From Octopus sinensis (taxonomy: Eukaryota): a stretch of 64,000 nt of DNA. The stretch lies in contig NC_043006.1 in the NCBI RefSeq assembly GCF_006345805.1, forward strand, positions 50,530,001-50,594,000. Reading direction: 5' to 3'. The notes below the pieces were generated by a model. That model made no database searches. It saw nothing but the letters and a program-made list of their open reading frames with translations, and was not told the origin of the DNA. The position numbers were made by a program, and so were the translations under genes. Positions 1 through 11,449 of this stretch are shown here, piece by piece (positions within the stretch are counted from its first letter, which is position 1; each line of letters begins with the position of its first letter).

Positions 1-275
1 CTCTTTCTTCACAGTAACGCCCACAATGACATACGCAATGAGAACTGACAACAGGAAAATCGTAGTCAAAGAACTGAATAAAAATATAGAAATATAAAGC
101 CTGAATTATGAAGATTGCCAAAATGTAGAAGATGAAAACCACTACGGTACCTGTTATTATAGGGCATACTGGGTAATAAATAAAGAGTCAGAGAAATTCA
201 TAGAGAAAACCGTGCTTAAAAGAAATGCAAAACCAGAATGGGCATTGCAAACATTTCACCACTATCACGTTAAAT
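1..275 (+). mobile_element. Decayed 3' end of R4/Dong-type RLE non-LTR retrotransposon
   Basis: Manual translation across frameshifts gives KIAKM*KMKTTTVPVIIG, matching the EIEKMWHLKAVTIPVIVGALG segment of the intact copy at 13095-13575. Confidence 0.6.
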
Positions 276-879
276 TCCATAGTTTCATAGAATTTTTATA
301 GAACACTCCAGATTTCGACAATATACAATCATCAAATGAATTAAGAACATTATATACGTTATCTACCTCTGATGTCTGGCTGGCGCCTGCTGGATGCCAT
401 TTGCATACAACATATTATCAAGGAAAAACTTTTCATCACAATTATAATGATAACGGAAAATGTTGATATAAAAACCACAACGAAACAAATTTTTCTATGG
501 GAATCAAAAGGTTTAGCATAAATTGTCTAGTAAGATATAAAATATCTGGTATGGGTTGATAGGTGAAAACGAAGTAAAAATAAATAAATATATAAACAAT
601 TAGTTTCAATAAATTTATATTGACAAGTTTTTCCCTTCTGGACAATTGAGCTTCAGTTAATCGATAGTTATCATCCTACACAATTCACACAAGAATGGTA
701 CTAAGAATAATGACGAGTAAAAATAATAACTATAGCAGTAGTAGTAGTAGTGGTGGTGGTGGTGGTGGTGGTAGTGGTGCTGGAGGAGGTGGGGGTACAT
801 ATTGTTGTTCGAAAACAAAGGGCAGAGTAGGGATAGAGGCCGTCAATGAAGATGAGAACGTTGGTGAATAATACTAAAA

Positions 880-919
880 ATCATTATTATTATTATCGTC
901 ATCAGCATCACCATCGTTA

Positions 920-953
<34 letters not shown>

Positions 954-967
954 CATTATTATTATTA

Positions 968-1025
<58 letters not shown>

Positions 1026-1088
1026 CATTATTATTATTATTATTATTATTACTATTGTTGTTGTTGTCGTCGTCGTCGTCGTCGTCGA
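880..1088. repeat. Compound trinucleotide microsatellite (ATT)n/(ATC)n ending in (GTT)n(GTC)n
   Basis: Direct reading; explains the poly-Y/I/N ORFs at 843-1217. Confidence 0.97.
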
Positions 1089-2916
1089 GATAAGACGTGT
1101 TTTTCAGAGCTCCGTCAGGTTGAAATTTGCTGTTATTTTTCAAGTTTATTGACTGTTTGTTTGTTGGTTTTTGTTTTCCGAACCCCTTTTGGTGTGCAGA
1201 AGGGGTTCTTTTGTTGAAAATTTCCCCCTTTTAGGGTTGAATCTTGGACTTTTTCTCCATTAAAAAAATATTCTTGTTTCTTCGTCTAACGAAAAATCAA
1301 GATGGCTTCCTATGTCGAGGGTAGTGGCAGTGGCTGTTCTGACAACCAGTACAGCCAAGATTTCCTGCCTCTGAACATTACAAGTAGCAGTACGAATTTC
1401 ACTCATAACATCTTCCCCACGTTTGACACAGAAATAGAAAAATAGAAAAAGTCAAGTCGACACCGCCAACGTCACCACCGACATGAACACAGTAAACGCA
1501 AACGAAAAGGAAGAATCAAATAAGAAAAACAATGTCAAACACAGCGGCAACAGTTTCATCTCGGCAGTGAAACAAATGAGAGAGCTAATTTATTTAATGA
1601 GTTAAACAATGTCAAACGTTTGTTGAGGGAGGAAGAAAATATTTTCCTTAACACACCACAAGAACTTATAAAGAAAACACAGGAGAAAACAGTAATCTAT
1701 AAATTATTGCATATTTAAAAAAAAAGAGTAGAAGGAGCAACTCAACAGCAACTAGAGATTGCGTTGAAACCTATATGGACGAGTAATACCTATGTGACGC
1801 GAGGACATGGAAGTACGCTTCGCAACAGTTGAAGAAGTAAGACAGCATTCCACAGTGTCACTGGGGAATTCCTGCTCGTGTCGACATACCTAGGTCGGCA
1901 CGAGCAGGAATTGGGGAGGTACCCGCCGAAATAGATATGCTTCGCTGGTGTTGGCTGTCCTCTATGATATAGAGGATAGCACCAATATACTGGAGGTGCA
2001 TAAATTGCACCAACAAAATTGGACGGATCAGGGATTGGAGCTTCTTGTTTAAATTGAACAAGAGGCCCTAAATTCTATCCCTGACGCCATAAATTTACCA
2101 GACGGCACCAGACTGCACGTGGCCGTAGAGGGCAGACGGCCGAGGTGCTACTTTTGTGGGAGCGACTAGCACCTCAAGGTCGACTGCCCTAAGCACAAAG
2201 TGATGCGAAGGAAGCTGCAAGCGGCAGCATAATCAGGAGCATCTCCAATGCAGCATCAGCAACCCTAGCAGCAGCAAAAACCAGCCCCATCACCACCAAC
2301 AACGACCCCGCCTCCAGCCGTTGTCAGGGCACCACCAATCCCAACACCAACAAAACAGGTTGGGGTACCACCAACAACACCAGTCGGAGTACCACCACCA
2401 GCAACATTTGAACCCAAGCAAGACAAACAACCAGAGAATATCCCTCTTCCCGACCAAAACAACTCAAACTGATCGAGTACTGAGGCCGAGAAGAGAGAGT
2501 GGCAAACTGTTCCCCCGCCCCCCAAAAAGGAAAAGAATGACAGTAGAAAAAAGAGGGAGAAGCGCAAACAGGAGGAATTTCCCAACAGCAGCAACAAACA
2601 AACACAGCAAACAACAACAACAACACCAACACTACCACTACAAAGACCGACACAGTACACAGCACAAACAGACTGCACAAACACCACCAACCTCACAGCC
2701 ATCGACACCGACAACACACACCTTGTTAAATACATCAGACAACGCACAGACACCACAACGGAATACTTTTTCTTCCCAACACACAAAGCACCACCACCAC
2801 ACATACAAATTTTACAGTTTGTGAAAGACACTTTTCCACAGCTCGTCTCTTTGACTGAGTTGCAATCCTGGATTAGGCGAAGACCGAGGAGGGGCGCTTG
2901 GCACCTCGAGTGCTGA
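1089..2916 (+). pseudogene. Gag-like ORF1 (RRM-like region plus CCHC zinc knuckle) of a Tx1/L1-like element, disrupted, with about 210 bp of 5'UTR and no ORF2
   Basis: caagATG at 1302 (MASYVEG). Stitched frames read EKTVIYKL, MEVRFATVEEVRQHS, QNWTDQGLELLV, IPDAINLPDGTRLHVAVEGRRPRCYFCGSD*HLKVDCP (CX2CX4HX4C at about 2146-2187). A Pro/Thr/Gln-rich tail and a C-terminal segment end at TGA 2914-2916. Several stops and frameshifts. Confidence 0.75.
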
Positions 2917-2923
2917 CAAGCGC

Positions 2924-5130
2924 TCACAGCCCTCCGCCAGACTGTAGTGGTGCTGGTCTTGTTATTTCGTTTGTATCTGTGTGTGTTGTGAGTGTACTAT
3001 CTGCAACTTTAGATGTTTGCATGAGTGTTTGTTCTTGTATCTGTTCAGGTTGTTTGCGTTTGGGGGATTCTGACGATAGTGATGGTGTTGGTTGTGTTGG
3101 TGGTGGTGTTGGTGTTATTGAGGAGATGTTTGCGTGAGTGGTGTTTGTATTTTTTATTGTGGGCGTTGTTAAGCTTTGTGGAGTTTTTATTGTGCCTACT
3201 TTTTTTTTTGTTTTTCGGGGCCTTTTGGTTTTCCTTCATCTTCACTACTGGAAGATGAGGGTCTGTTGCAGTAAGTGTGTCTGTGTCTGTGTGCATGCTT
3301 ATATTCCTGCATATGTGTGTATTTTTGTTTGGTGTAAGAGCGTTTACTCTTAGGGTGGTTAATGTCTTTGGTGTTGTTGGTGCTGGATCTGTTTGCGGTC
3401 CTCGTCCCGGCGTAGGCAGCAGTGGAGGCCTTTGATCCCATGAATCTTTTACCAGTTGGGGATAGCATGCTCGCAAATACGTAGTTTCTCCACAGGCGAA
3501 ACAATGCGGCCTTTTGCCCTGTGTCATTATGTGTATCGCTGTCCCGTTCTGGAGACGGATGTGGTCCGGGATTTTTTATGTTTTCGGGTCTGATCTGGAG
3601 AAGTATCTCCAGTTCAACCCCGGACCAGTCCTCCCTGGCAGTTTGTGTCACTTCTATCGGGACGGTATCTATCCCCTCCACAATTACGCATCCCATCATA
3701 TCCAGGTCTGATCCTAGGAATGTGGAACGTGCTGTACGTTTCCTCATGTGGGCGGGGTACATAATGACTTTACTGGTTTTGAAAGGCGTCATTGAATGTT
3801 TCATTGCGAGGGCTTCTGATTTAAACAACACCGAAAGGGTACCGTATTGTTTGGCACTCGCTGTGTACTCGATGTCATCTCTGATGCACCTCAGTGCTGC
3901 TTCAATATCTACTATTAAGGCCGTTCTTTTCGTCTCTGCTGAGATGCATCTGAAAAGCACCGTTCTTTTCTCCAATACTTCAATTGCCTCTGACGGAATA
4001 GTTAGGTTGGCCCACGTTTTTATTGTTTAATCAGTCTTCATGCCTATATCAACATTTCATTTTTATTTGTGAGGGTCACGGTAAAGCGTCGCTTCTTTTT
4101 CGCTGCTGTTGCCGCGAACGTACGTTTGTTGTTGGTAATATTCTTGTTGCTGTTGTTGTTGTTACTGCTACTGCTGCCGTTGATATTGATATTGTTATTC
4201 TTGTCGATGTTGTTGGTATTGATTTATTGATTTTGTGGCTGTTGTCACTTTTGCTATTATTGTTGCTGTTGCTGTTGAGCGAACGGTCTTCGTCCCAGAG
4301 CTCGCAAGATGGGAGAAGTCCGAAACGTGGTCCTTTGCTATTCGTAAGACCCGCAGAAGAGAAAGCAGGTCAACCCCCTACACCGAGAGCATCGACGGAT
4401 GGATGAATGCGCCTCCAGGCTCAGCGGTTGCGTAGGAAGCCATGGACAAGAAACAGAAAGACAGAGTGAGAGAAAGTTGGGGCGAAAGAGTACAACAGGG
4501 GTCGCCACCACCCACTGCCGGAGCCTCGTGGAGCTTTAGGTGTTTTCGCTCAATAAACACACACAACGCCCGGTCTGGGAATCGAAACCGCAATCCTACG
4601 ACCGCGAGTCCGCTGCCCTAACCACTGGGCTATTGCGCCTCCACTGTTGTTGCTGTTGTTGCCTTTGCTGCTGCTGCTGCTGCTGTTGTCACTACTATTG
4701 CTGTTGCTGTTACTGCTCCTACTGCTGTTACTACGTGGTGGACTTTGTACTGTATCAGTCTCGTTTTTCTCCTCTCCTACTCCTGTATTATTGTCACTAA
4801 CGGAAAGAAGGGGTGGGAAATTTTCAGCAGTCACCACACTCATGGGAGGAGCTGTTTTCTTTTTTCTCAACTCTTTCAAGATGCGCTCCGTCATCTTGTT
4901 AAGTTGTGTTTGATTAAATTAAATTAAACACCCACCGAACTTATTTGATGGGCTGAATATATCCCTTCGAGAGGCTGAGCAACCATAGAAAACCAGTAAC
5001 AGGTTCCTGGTGTTTCTATTAACAACTTGGAATAAAATAAATAATTAAAAAAACACCAAGCCCGTGTAAATAAATGTTTTAAGCTGCACCAACATGGAGC
5101 GTTTGAAAACACGTCCTATGTATTCCCCAA
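2924..5130 (-). pseudogene. Second, diverged gag-like ORF1 of the same family, convergent with the first, interrupted by a SINE half
   Basis: ORFs 3196-3975 and 3045-3527 join by a +1 frameshift in an A6 run (about 3572-3577) to give EDWSGVELEILLQIRPENIK-IPDHIRLQNGTAIHIMTQGKRPHCFACGETTYLRAC, colinear with the + copy. The N-terminus MTERILKEL...ENFPPL starts at caagATG 4894. The 5'UTR motif GACGTGTTTTCA..GCTCC is shared with the + copy. Confidence 0.75.
4447..4645 (-). mobile_element. tRNA-headed SINE (family A), 5' half only
   Basis: A box TAGCCCAGTGG and B box GGTTTCGATTCC. Matches the 5' half of the complete copy at 39330-39628 but lacks its 3' half. Confidence 0.85.
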
Positions 5131-5133
5131 GTA

Positions 5134-5181
5134 AATAATAATAATAATAATAATAATAATATAATAATAATAATAATGATA

Positions 5182-5247
<66 letters not shown>

Positions 5248-5285
5248 GTTGTTGTTGTTGTTGTTCGCTACAACAACAAATACAA
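5134..5285. repeat. (AAT)n(GAT)n(GTT)n compound microsatellite
   Basis: Direct reading. Confidence 0.97.
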
Positions 5286-5689
5286 AAGACAAAAGGTTAA
5301 AAGATCGCATCGTGAAAGACACATGTTAGCCGTTCAGAAACAAACTTCACTTCAACACTTATTGTTTGCATTCGTCGTTCCAAAATAGCAGCCTGGCCAC
5401 TGACAGCGTTGTTGCCATGCATGTACATTTCTATAATATAGAAATCTACAGAATAGTTTAATCGTGTCAAAAAATTACCCTGCGTTCAATGCGGTCGTGT
5501 TACAGGTGCGAGACCAGGTGTAGTAAGCTAGGGAGCTGGATGAGCATAATAAGTCTGCCAGGCACAGTGAATATTGTTTATGATAAAATATTGACAATAA
5601 GCCGAAATGGTACAGACTGTTAGCACAAGCTTACGAAAGACGGCTTACTGTGCTTTGACAGTTATATGGTAATATTAAATAATCTCATT

Positions 5690-5998
5690 AGAGCACTCCG
5701 TCGGTTACGACGACGAGGGTCCCGGCTGATACGATCAACGGAACAGCTTGCTCGTAAAATTAACGTGCAAGTGGCTGAGTATTCCACAGACACGTGTACC
5801 CTTAAAGTAGTTCTCAGGGAGATTCAGCGTGACATAGAATGTGACAAGGCTGGCCTTTTGAAATACAGGTACTACTCATTTTTGTCAGCTGAGTGGAGTG
5901 GAGCAACGTGAAATAAAGTGTCTTGCTCAAGGACACAACGCGTCGCCGGGAAACGAACTCACAACCGAATGCCCTAACCACTAAGCCACGGCCCTCAC
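5690..5998 (-). mobile_element. tRNA-headed SINE with CTTGAGCAAGACACTT...GTTGCTCCAGTCCACTCAGCTG-type central domain (family A-related, alternative tail)
   Basis: Shares head and central domain with copies at 6225-6711, 22400-22648 and 52688-52925. Confidence 0.8.
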
Positions 5999-6224
5999 TA
6001 ATCTCTTTACATCTCCTACCTCAACATACATAAACCGCACCTGACATGTTGCTTAATGACTGTTTCCTTTCAGAAACATTAAAATGCATCTAAATGAACA
6101 TTCTGTAAGAAAAATGAGAGGAATTTTAAATGATTCATACGCATGTCAGCTATTTGTAACGAGCAGAAAACAACAAAGCCAAAGAGGTGTGCTACCGTGG
6201 CGTAAAAAAAATGCGCATTTTCTT

Positions 6225-6711
6225 AAAGCCTAGCCAGGCTCATGGACCCGGTTTCCCGGTTTCTATGGCGTATGTGTTACCCAGCTAGACGGGACGCCAG
6301 TCCATCGCAGCGTTAATCATTTTTGCCAGCTGAGTGGACTGGAGCAACGTGAAATGAAGTGTTTTATTCAAGAACAAAACGCGTCGTCCGGTCCAGGAAT
6401 CGAAACCACAATCTTACGATCATGATGCTGATACTATAACCACTCAGGCACGCGCTTCCACTTGCGCCCTTTTAAAGCCTAGCCAGGCTCATGGGCCCGG
6501 TTTCCCGGTTTCCATGGCGTATGTGTTCCCCAACTGGACGGGACGCTAGTCCATCGCAGCGTTACTCATTTTTGTCAGTTGAGTGGACTGGAGCAACGTG
6601 AAATGAAGTGTTTTGTTCAAGAACACAACGCGTCGCTCGGTCCAGAAATCGAAACCACAATCTTACGATCATGATGCTGAGACCCTAACCACTAAGCCAC
6701 GCGCCTCCACC
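6225..6711 (-). mobile_element. Two tandem family A SINEs (about 6225-6461 and 6472-6711)
   Basis: Two diverged copies of about 240 bp, each with a tRNA-like head (AGTGGTT, GGTTTCGATT) and the CATGAGCCTGGCTAGGCTTT tail. Confidence 0.9.
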
Positions 6712-6939
6712 TACAATGGCGTAGTAACACAAAATATCATAGCCAAAAATACGAGGTTTTACATCCTGTACGGCAATTCTATTCTCCCAAATACAAGCAA
6801 CTGTGCAGTTGATCTGGACGTATATAAAGTCGAAACAGAGTACGTGTATAACGTAGTTTATGTATGATAAATTTATGGTTTCAGATCTTATTCCAATAAA
6901 ACAATAAAATGCCATCACATGGAATGTACATGCACACAA

Positions 6940-6983
<44 letters not shown>

Positions 6984-7244
6984 TATATATATACCTGTTG
7001 TTGATAAAACATGTTCTTTGTCTATAAACTTATCCTCTTTGTGATTTTGGATAAAAAGAAAATTTTACAAATGAATCCTTCGAATTTAACTAAATTCTAT
7101 ATTTTTATGCAGCTGAAGATAGCTCTACATTTTAAATTGATGTAATGAAATGATTGCATTGTTCAATTAAATTGAGTCGCATGAAATGATCGTACTGCAT
7201 TACCTCTGGATATCCTTGTTGTTTATATATATATATATATATTC

Positions 7245-8349
7245 TCTTTTGCTCTTATACTCGTTTCAGTTATTTGAGCAAATCGACCCCAGGACTTATT
7301 CTTTGCAAGCCTAGTACTTATTCTATCGCTCTCTTTTGCCGAACCGCTAAGTTACGGGGATGTAAACGCACCACCATCGGTTGTCAAGCGATGTGGTGGG
7401 GACAATCTCAGACACACAAACATATACACTCACATAAATATATATACATATATATATTATATATATATATATATACAAAAAGCAATAAAGATTCAAGTTA
7501 ATTTAAATGAATTTACTTGAATATGGTACCTAACTTAGATGCACCAAAAAAAACTATACTGTTTTAACAATACAGTAATGTGGGGTGATTATAAGCGAGA
7601 AAGAAGCAACAAGAATGGATAGGTTTTTAGTACAATCGTTTCATACAAGGACAGGCTTTATTAAATGTTGCAAAAATTACAGCATATAAACGTGTCCCGT
7701 ACTCATCAGCTAAAATACATGTGAGTTCTCTAGACATCCTAGTGGTTGAGGCTATACTCATGAAGTAATGTAGATAATTAAGTAACATAAACAGATTTCC
7801 AAAGTTCATTAAAGTTCTTTAAAGATGATGTACAGTCTTATCACAGAATTTTAAAAAAGTTTTAATAGCATCACAGAGAAGGTGACCTAATCCATAGTGC
7901 ACATATGAATTTCCAGAGATATGAGGAGGGATTACATACTCACAGACGACAAATTTATCCATTTGGATAAATTTGTCCATTTGGATAAATTTGTCGTCTG
8001 TGAGTATGTAATCCCTCCTCATATCTCTGGAAATTCATATGTGCACTATGGATTAGGTCACCTTCTCTGTGATGCTATTAAAACTTTTTTAAAATTCTGT
8101 GATAAGACTGTACATCATCTTTAAAGAACTTTAATGAACTTTGGAAATCTGTTTATGTTACTTAATTATCTACATTACTTCATGAGTATAGCCTCAACCA
8201 CTAGGATGTCTAGAGAACTCACATGTATTTTAGCTGATGAGTACGGGACACGTTTATATGCTGTAATTTTTGCAACATTTAATAAAGCCTGTCCTTGTAT
8301 GAAACGATTGTACTAAAAACCTATCCATTCTTGTTGCTTCTTTCTCGCT

Positions 8350-8382
<33 letters not shown>

Positions 8383-8541
8383 GCATACGACGGACTTCTT
8401 TCAGTTTCCCTCTACCAAATCCACTCACAAGGCTTTGGTCGGCCCGAGGCTATAGTAGAAGACACTTGCCCAAGGTGCCACGCAGTGGGACTGAACCCGG
8501 AACCAAGTGGTTGGTAAGCAAGCTACTTACCACACAGCCAG
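7245..8541 (-). mobile_element. Bipartite SINE (family B: tRNA-like head, central TA/TG microsatellite, 3' body) split by an insertion of about 875 bp
   Basis: 3' body at 7245-7475 and head at 8351-8541 match the uninterrupted copies at 20450-20872 and 38335-38785. Confidence 0.8.
7590..8353. repeat. 764-bp palindrome (inverted duplication), centre 7971/7972
   Basis: Mirror ORFs 7627-7809(-)/8134-8316(+) are identical and the coordinates sum to 15943. The only mismatches I saw lie at 7962-7981. Confidence 0.97.
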
Positions 8542-9199
8542 TCTTGCGCTTCCTTTTTACTTTTAGATCTTTAAATATAGCGCAGAAGCTTTTGCTGTTG
8601 TTGTGCTTCATTTTCAATATGTACGTTAAACATCAGATTCCATATGTTCAACAGCCTGCTGCCAAACATCATTTAATACCCCATTCTACCTCGAGGTCAT
8701 ATGAACGTCCTTCCTACTGTCTCTCTTTCCTCTACAAAATCCTAAGCACCCCTCACACCTGCAGTATACACCGTCAACTGTTTTCCATTACTGAACGCTC
8801 TTTTCTAAGCAGCACTGGTATCAAAAGATGTTCATTTGTTCATATCGCTATACTTGTCGATTCCGTCATCGACTTTTTCTGTTATTGCTCTCATAGTTAG
8901 GGAAGGTGTTAGAATCTGAACTTACGTAGAGGTGTTGCATTGCTTCTGCTCACCAACTATATGCTAAACACACTCGAGCTTTCTAAATAGACATATGAGT
9001 TATGGAGAAAGGAAACGAAAACGTGAGGAAAATATCAATGCAAGCACACATTGCTATTGTGCAGAGCTTTATGATAAACAATAACAAGATCCAGAAAACT
9101 GAATTAAACTCATAGAAACAATACACATTGGAAATAAAATTATGCAGCCGACAACTTATCAAAAAGAGCGGATGAGCATGATTGTAGTTTGATTTAATT

Positions 9200-9950
9200 G
9201 TTCTCTCCCTCTAGTTATTTTCTATTGTTGGTTATTCTTTATTCCTTTTGTTTATACCAGGGAGTTTGGATACTTACCTCCACAAACATTATATTTCTCG
9301 TCACATGGCAATGGAATGACGTTACTGTTTACTACTACAAGGGGACGGAGACACTGCTCGCTTATTTCAGGGCAAAACGCACTGAAAGTTTCCTTATTAC
9401 GACATGTATTACATCTAGGCCTTCTCTCTGAACTATCAGAGTTTCATGACCATTACTGGATACCTTCAACTGGGCACAGTAACCTTGTGGCCCTCGAAGC
9501 TCATAATGATTTGCAAATCCCTTTTGACACCCGTTAACCAAATGTTTCGTTTAGTCAACCCAACTTTAACTACCTTTTCGAACTGCAATGCTAAAGTAAA
9601 TACCAGTCACGAATCCACATCATTTTCATTGTCTCTTATCGCCAATTTGTATTTCTTAGCCTCATATACAAGGCACAATTGCATGGGTAGAGGTATATTT
9701 GTGTTTTAACTGATATGTGTTTTTAAATGTGCAACAGACGTTTCTTCCGGTTGCAAGAATTTCTCCAGAAATTTCATTGAGTCCTTATTGCAATTGCTGC
9801 TTCGTCGGTAAATCGATACTGCTGCCATCCTTTTAAAGATATACATACGCAGTTTTTCTTTTCCTCCCATAGGTCAGATTTTACGCCTAAGATATCTGGT
9901 TTTACAAAATTCTCCTAACTAATCTTTTTCTAGTACGTGCGTTAAACATG
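9200..9950 (-). pseudogene. Third, heavily decayed gag-like ORF1 relative
   Basis: Manual translation across frameshifts: IWLTGVKRDLQII, QLKVSSNGHETLIV, ERRPRCNTCRNKETFSAFCPE (knuckle spacing kept at about 9364-9434, with His replaced by Thr). Confidence 0.5.
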
Positions 9951-10059
9951 AAATTTCGACTGTGTCATAAGAGAGACCTGTTTATCTGAGAAAGCTTTTA
10001 CGTGAACAAATTACAACGCTTGCCTCGACGTGAATATTACTGTATCTACCATTAATGCT

Positions 10060-10250
10060 TAGCGGTTTTTCGTCTGCCGTTACGTTGTTAGTTCAAATTC
10101 CGCCGAGGTCGACTTTGCCTTTCATCCTTTCGGGGTCGATAAATTAAGTACCAGTTACGTACTGGGGTTGATGTAATCGACTTAATCCGTTTGTCTGTTC
10201 TTGTTTGACCCCTCTACGTTTAGCCCCTTGTGGGCAATAAAGAAATAAGA
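10060..10250 (+). mobile_element. Family D SINE (variant tail), 5'-truncated
   Basis: GTTCAAATTCCGCCGAGGTCGACTTTGCCTTTCATCCTTTCGGGGTCG core shared with about 20 other copies in the window. Confidence 0.85.
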
Positions 10251-10269
10251 AACATATGACAGAGTATAA

Positions 10270-11060
10270 AAAATTAAAACACTACAAAATCAAATCTTTG
10301 CATGCCGAGAGAATATTGATAAAAGAGGTCGAACCCGAGTCGCTTCATTCGAAAATACGAAGAAATTGAATATGAGGAGGATTTAAGAGTAGAAAATTCT
10401 AAAAAAATGGCAATTATCAAAAGGCTGCAAAAAAAAATAAAGAAATAATAATGATGATGAAATAACAGACCGATGCAAACACTGTGCAGATGAAAAGAGA
10501 TAAAAAAAATAACTGATCTTTTAATATTTAATGCTATTAGAAATGAAAAGATACACATGCAAACAAAGAGAGAAACAAATACTTAGGAAATACTGCATGA
10601 AAAAATACACTTGACATCAGAGAACAAAAGTAATCTGTCGTTCTGCAATTTGACGACGACTGTTTGAACAAAACCAACACAAAAGGATTTATCAAGAAAT
10701 AATTAAAAATAATGCTGAAATCAATGCAGCACTAAAAGTAATAAAAGGAAAAAAATTGGGGAGATGAGAATATTCAGTGCAGGGATGGGCAGAGAGAATT
10801 CTCAAAACAGCACGTGAAGTGACTAAACAATAGTGAAAACAAATGACAACAAAAGAAACAGCCCGGTGTTTATAAATGATGAATAACCGGAAATATTTAA
10901 TCGGCAAGTAGAAATCGCTTACAAAAGTGTTCAATGATTTCTTGAATGAACCCAAAACAGCATTGGAATAGTTCATCGAAGGAGAGGGAAATATCATAAC
11001 CCACAAAAGCGAAGAAATGACAATCAACAAACAGTAGCTCAGTGATTTATAGTATACAGA
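10270..11060 (+). mobile_element. Possible highly decayed LINE ORF2 remnant
   Basis: A-rich with interrupted protein-like frames (DRCKHC, EGEGNIIT); the clade cannot be assigned. Confidence 0.3.
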
Positions 11061-11074
11061 AGGAATGGCAAACT

Positions 11075-11222
11075 TCTGCTGACTCTTTCGCCACAAATTT
11101 CTCTCACTCTTTCCTCCTGCATCTTGCAGCTCACCTGCGACGGACCGGCGTCCCGTCCAGGTGGGGAAACCGGCAAAACCGGCCCTATGAGCCAGGTGTG
11201 GCTCGAGAAGGAACAAACAATA
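11075..11222 (+). mobile_element. Family A SINE, 3' half
   Basis: Matches 28030-28203. Confidence 0.8.
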
Positions 11223-11449
11223 CATATAAGGAGACAAATATTTTAAGAAGTCTCTATCCCACGACTTAGTTTCGCCTTGGTATTAATCTGTTCACTTATC
11301 ATCTTCAGCGTTTTTAACAAATTCCTACCGAAGACAGAATAGATTACTGACAAAAATTACACCAACAGTTTTTTCTCAGAACTCTTGAAAACATTACTAC
11401 GTATCAAGGGGAATTGTAGGAAGTATTCTTCCTACTAAGTTGAAGTTGC

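Noticed and set aside
843-1217. Poly-Tyr/Ile/Asn ORFs (and similar ones at 5116-5388, 33697-34003, 37722-38268, 45314-45645, 49549-49906)
   Set aside because: They are translations of tri-, di- and tetranucleotide microsatellites, not genes.
3570-3580. A-AAA-AAT heptamer in the - ORF1 resembling a -1 ribosomal slippery site
   Set aside because: Restoring homology needs a +1 shift, and the -1 frame hits a stop. A single-base indel in a homopolymer (decay or sequencing error) explains it.
4560-4645. tRNA-like sequences (also 22570-22648, 27899-27975)
   Set aside because: They are SINE heads continuous with SINE bodies and do not form complete cloverleaves, so they are not called as tRNA genes.
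7627-8316. Mirror-image ORF pairs in the palindrome
   Set aside because: They are a by-product of the inverted duplication. I recognised no domain, and the CTGATGAG at about 8237 has no downstream GAAA or stems, so it is not a hammerhead.
8295-8900. 201-aa + ORF, and 181-aa (10692-11237) and 231-aa (27742-28437) ORFs
   Set aside because: They run through palindrome, microsatellite or SINE sequence, or antisense to decayed TEs, and show no domain signal.
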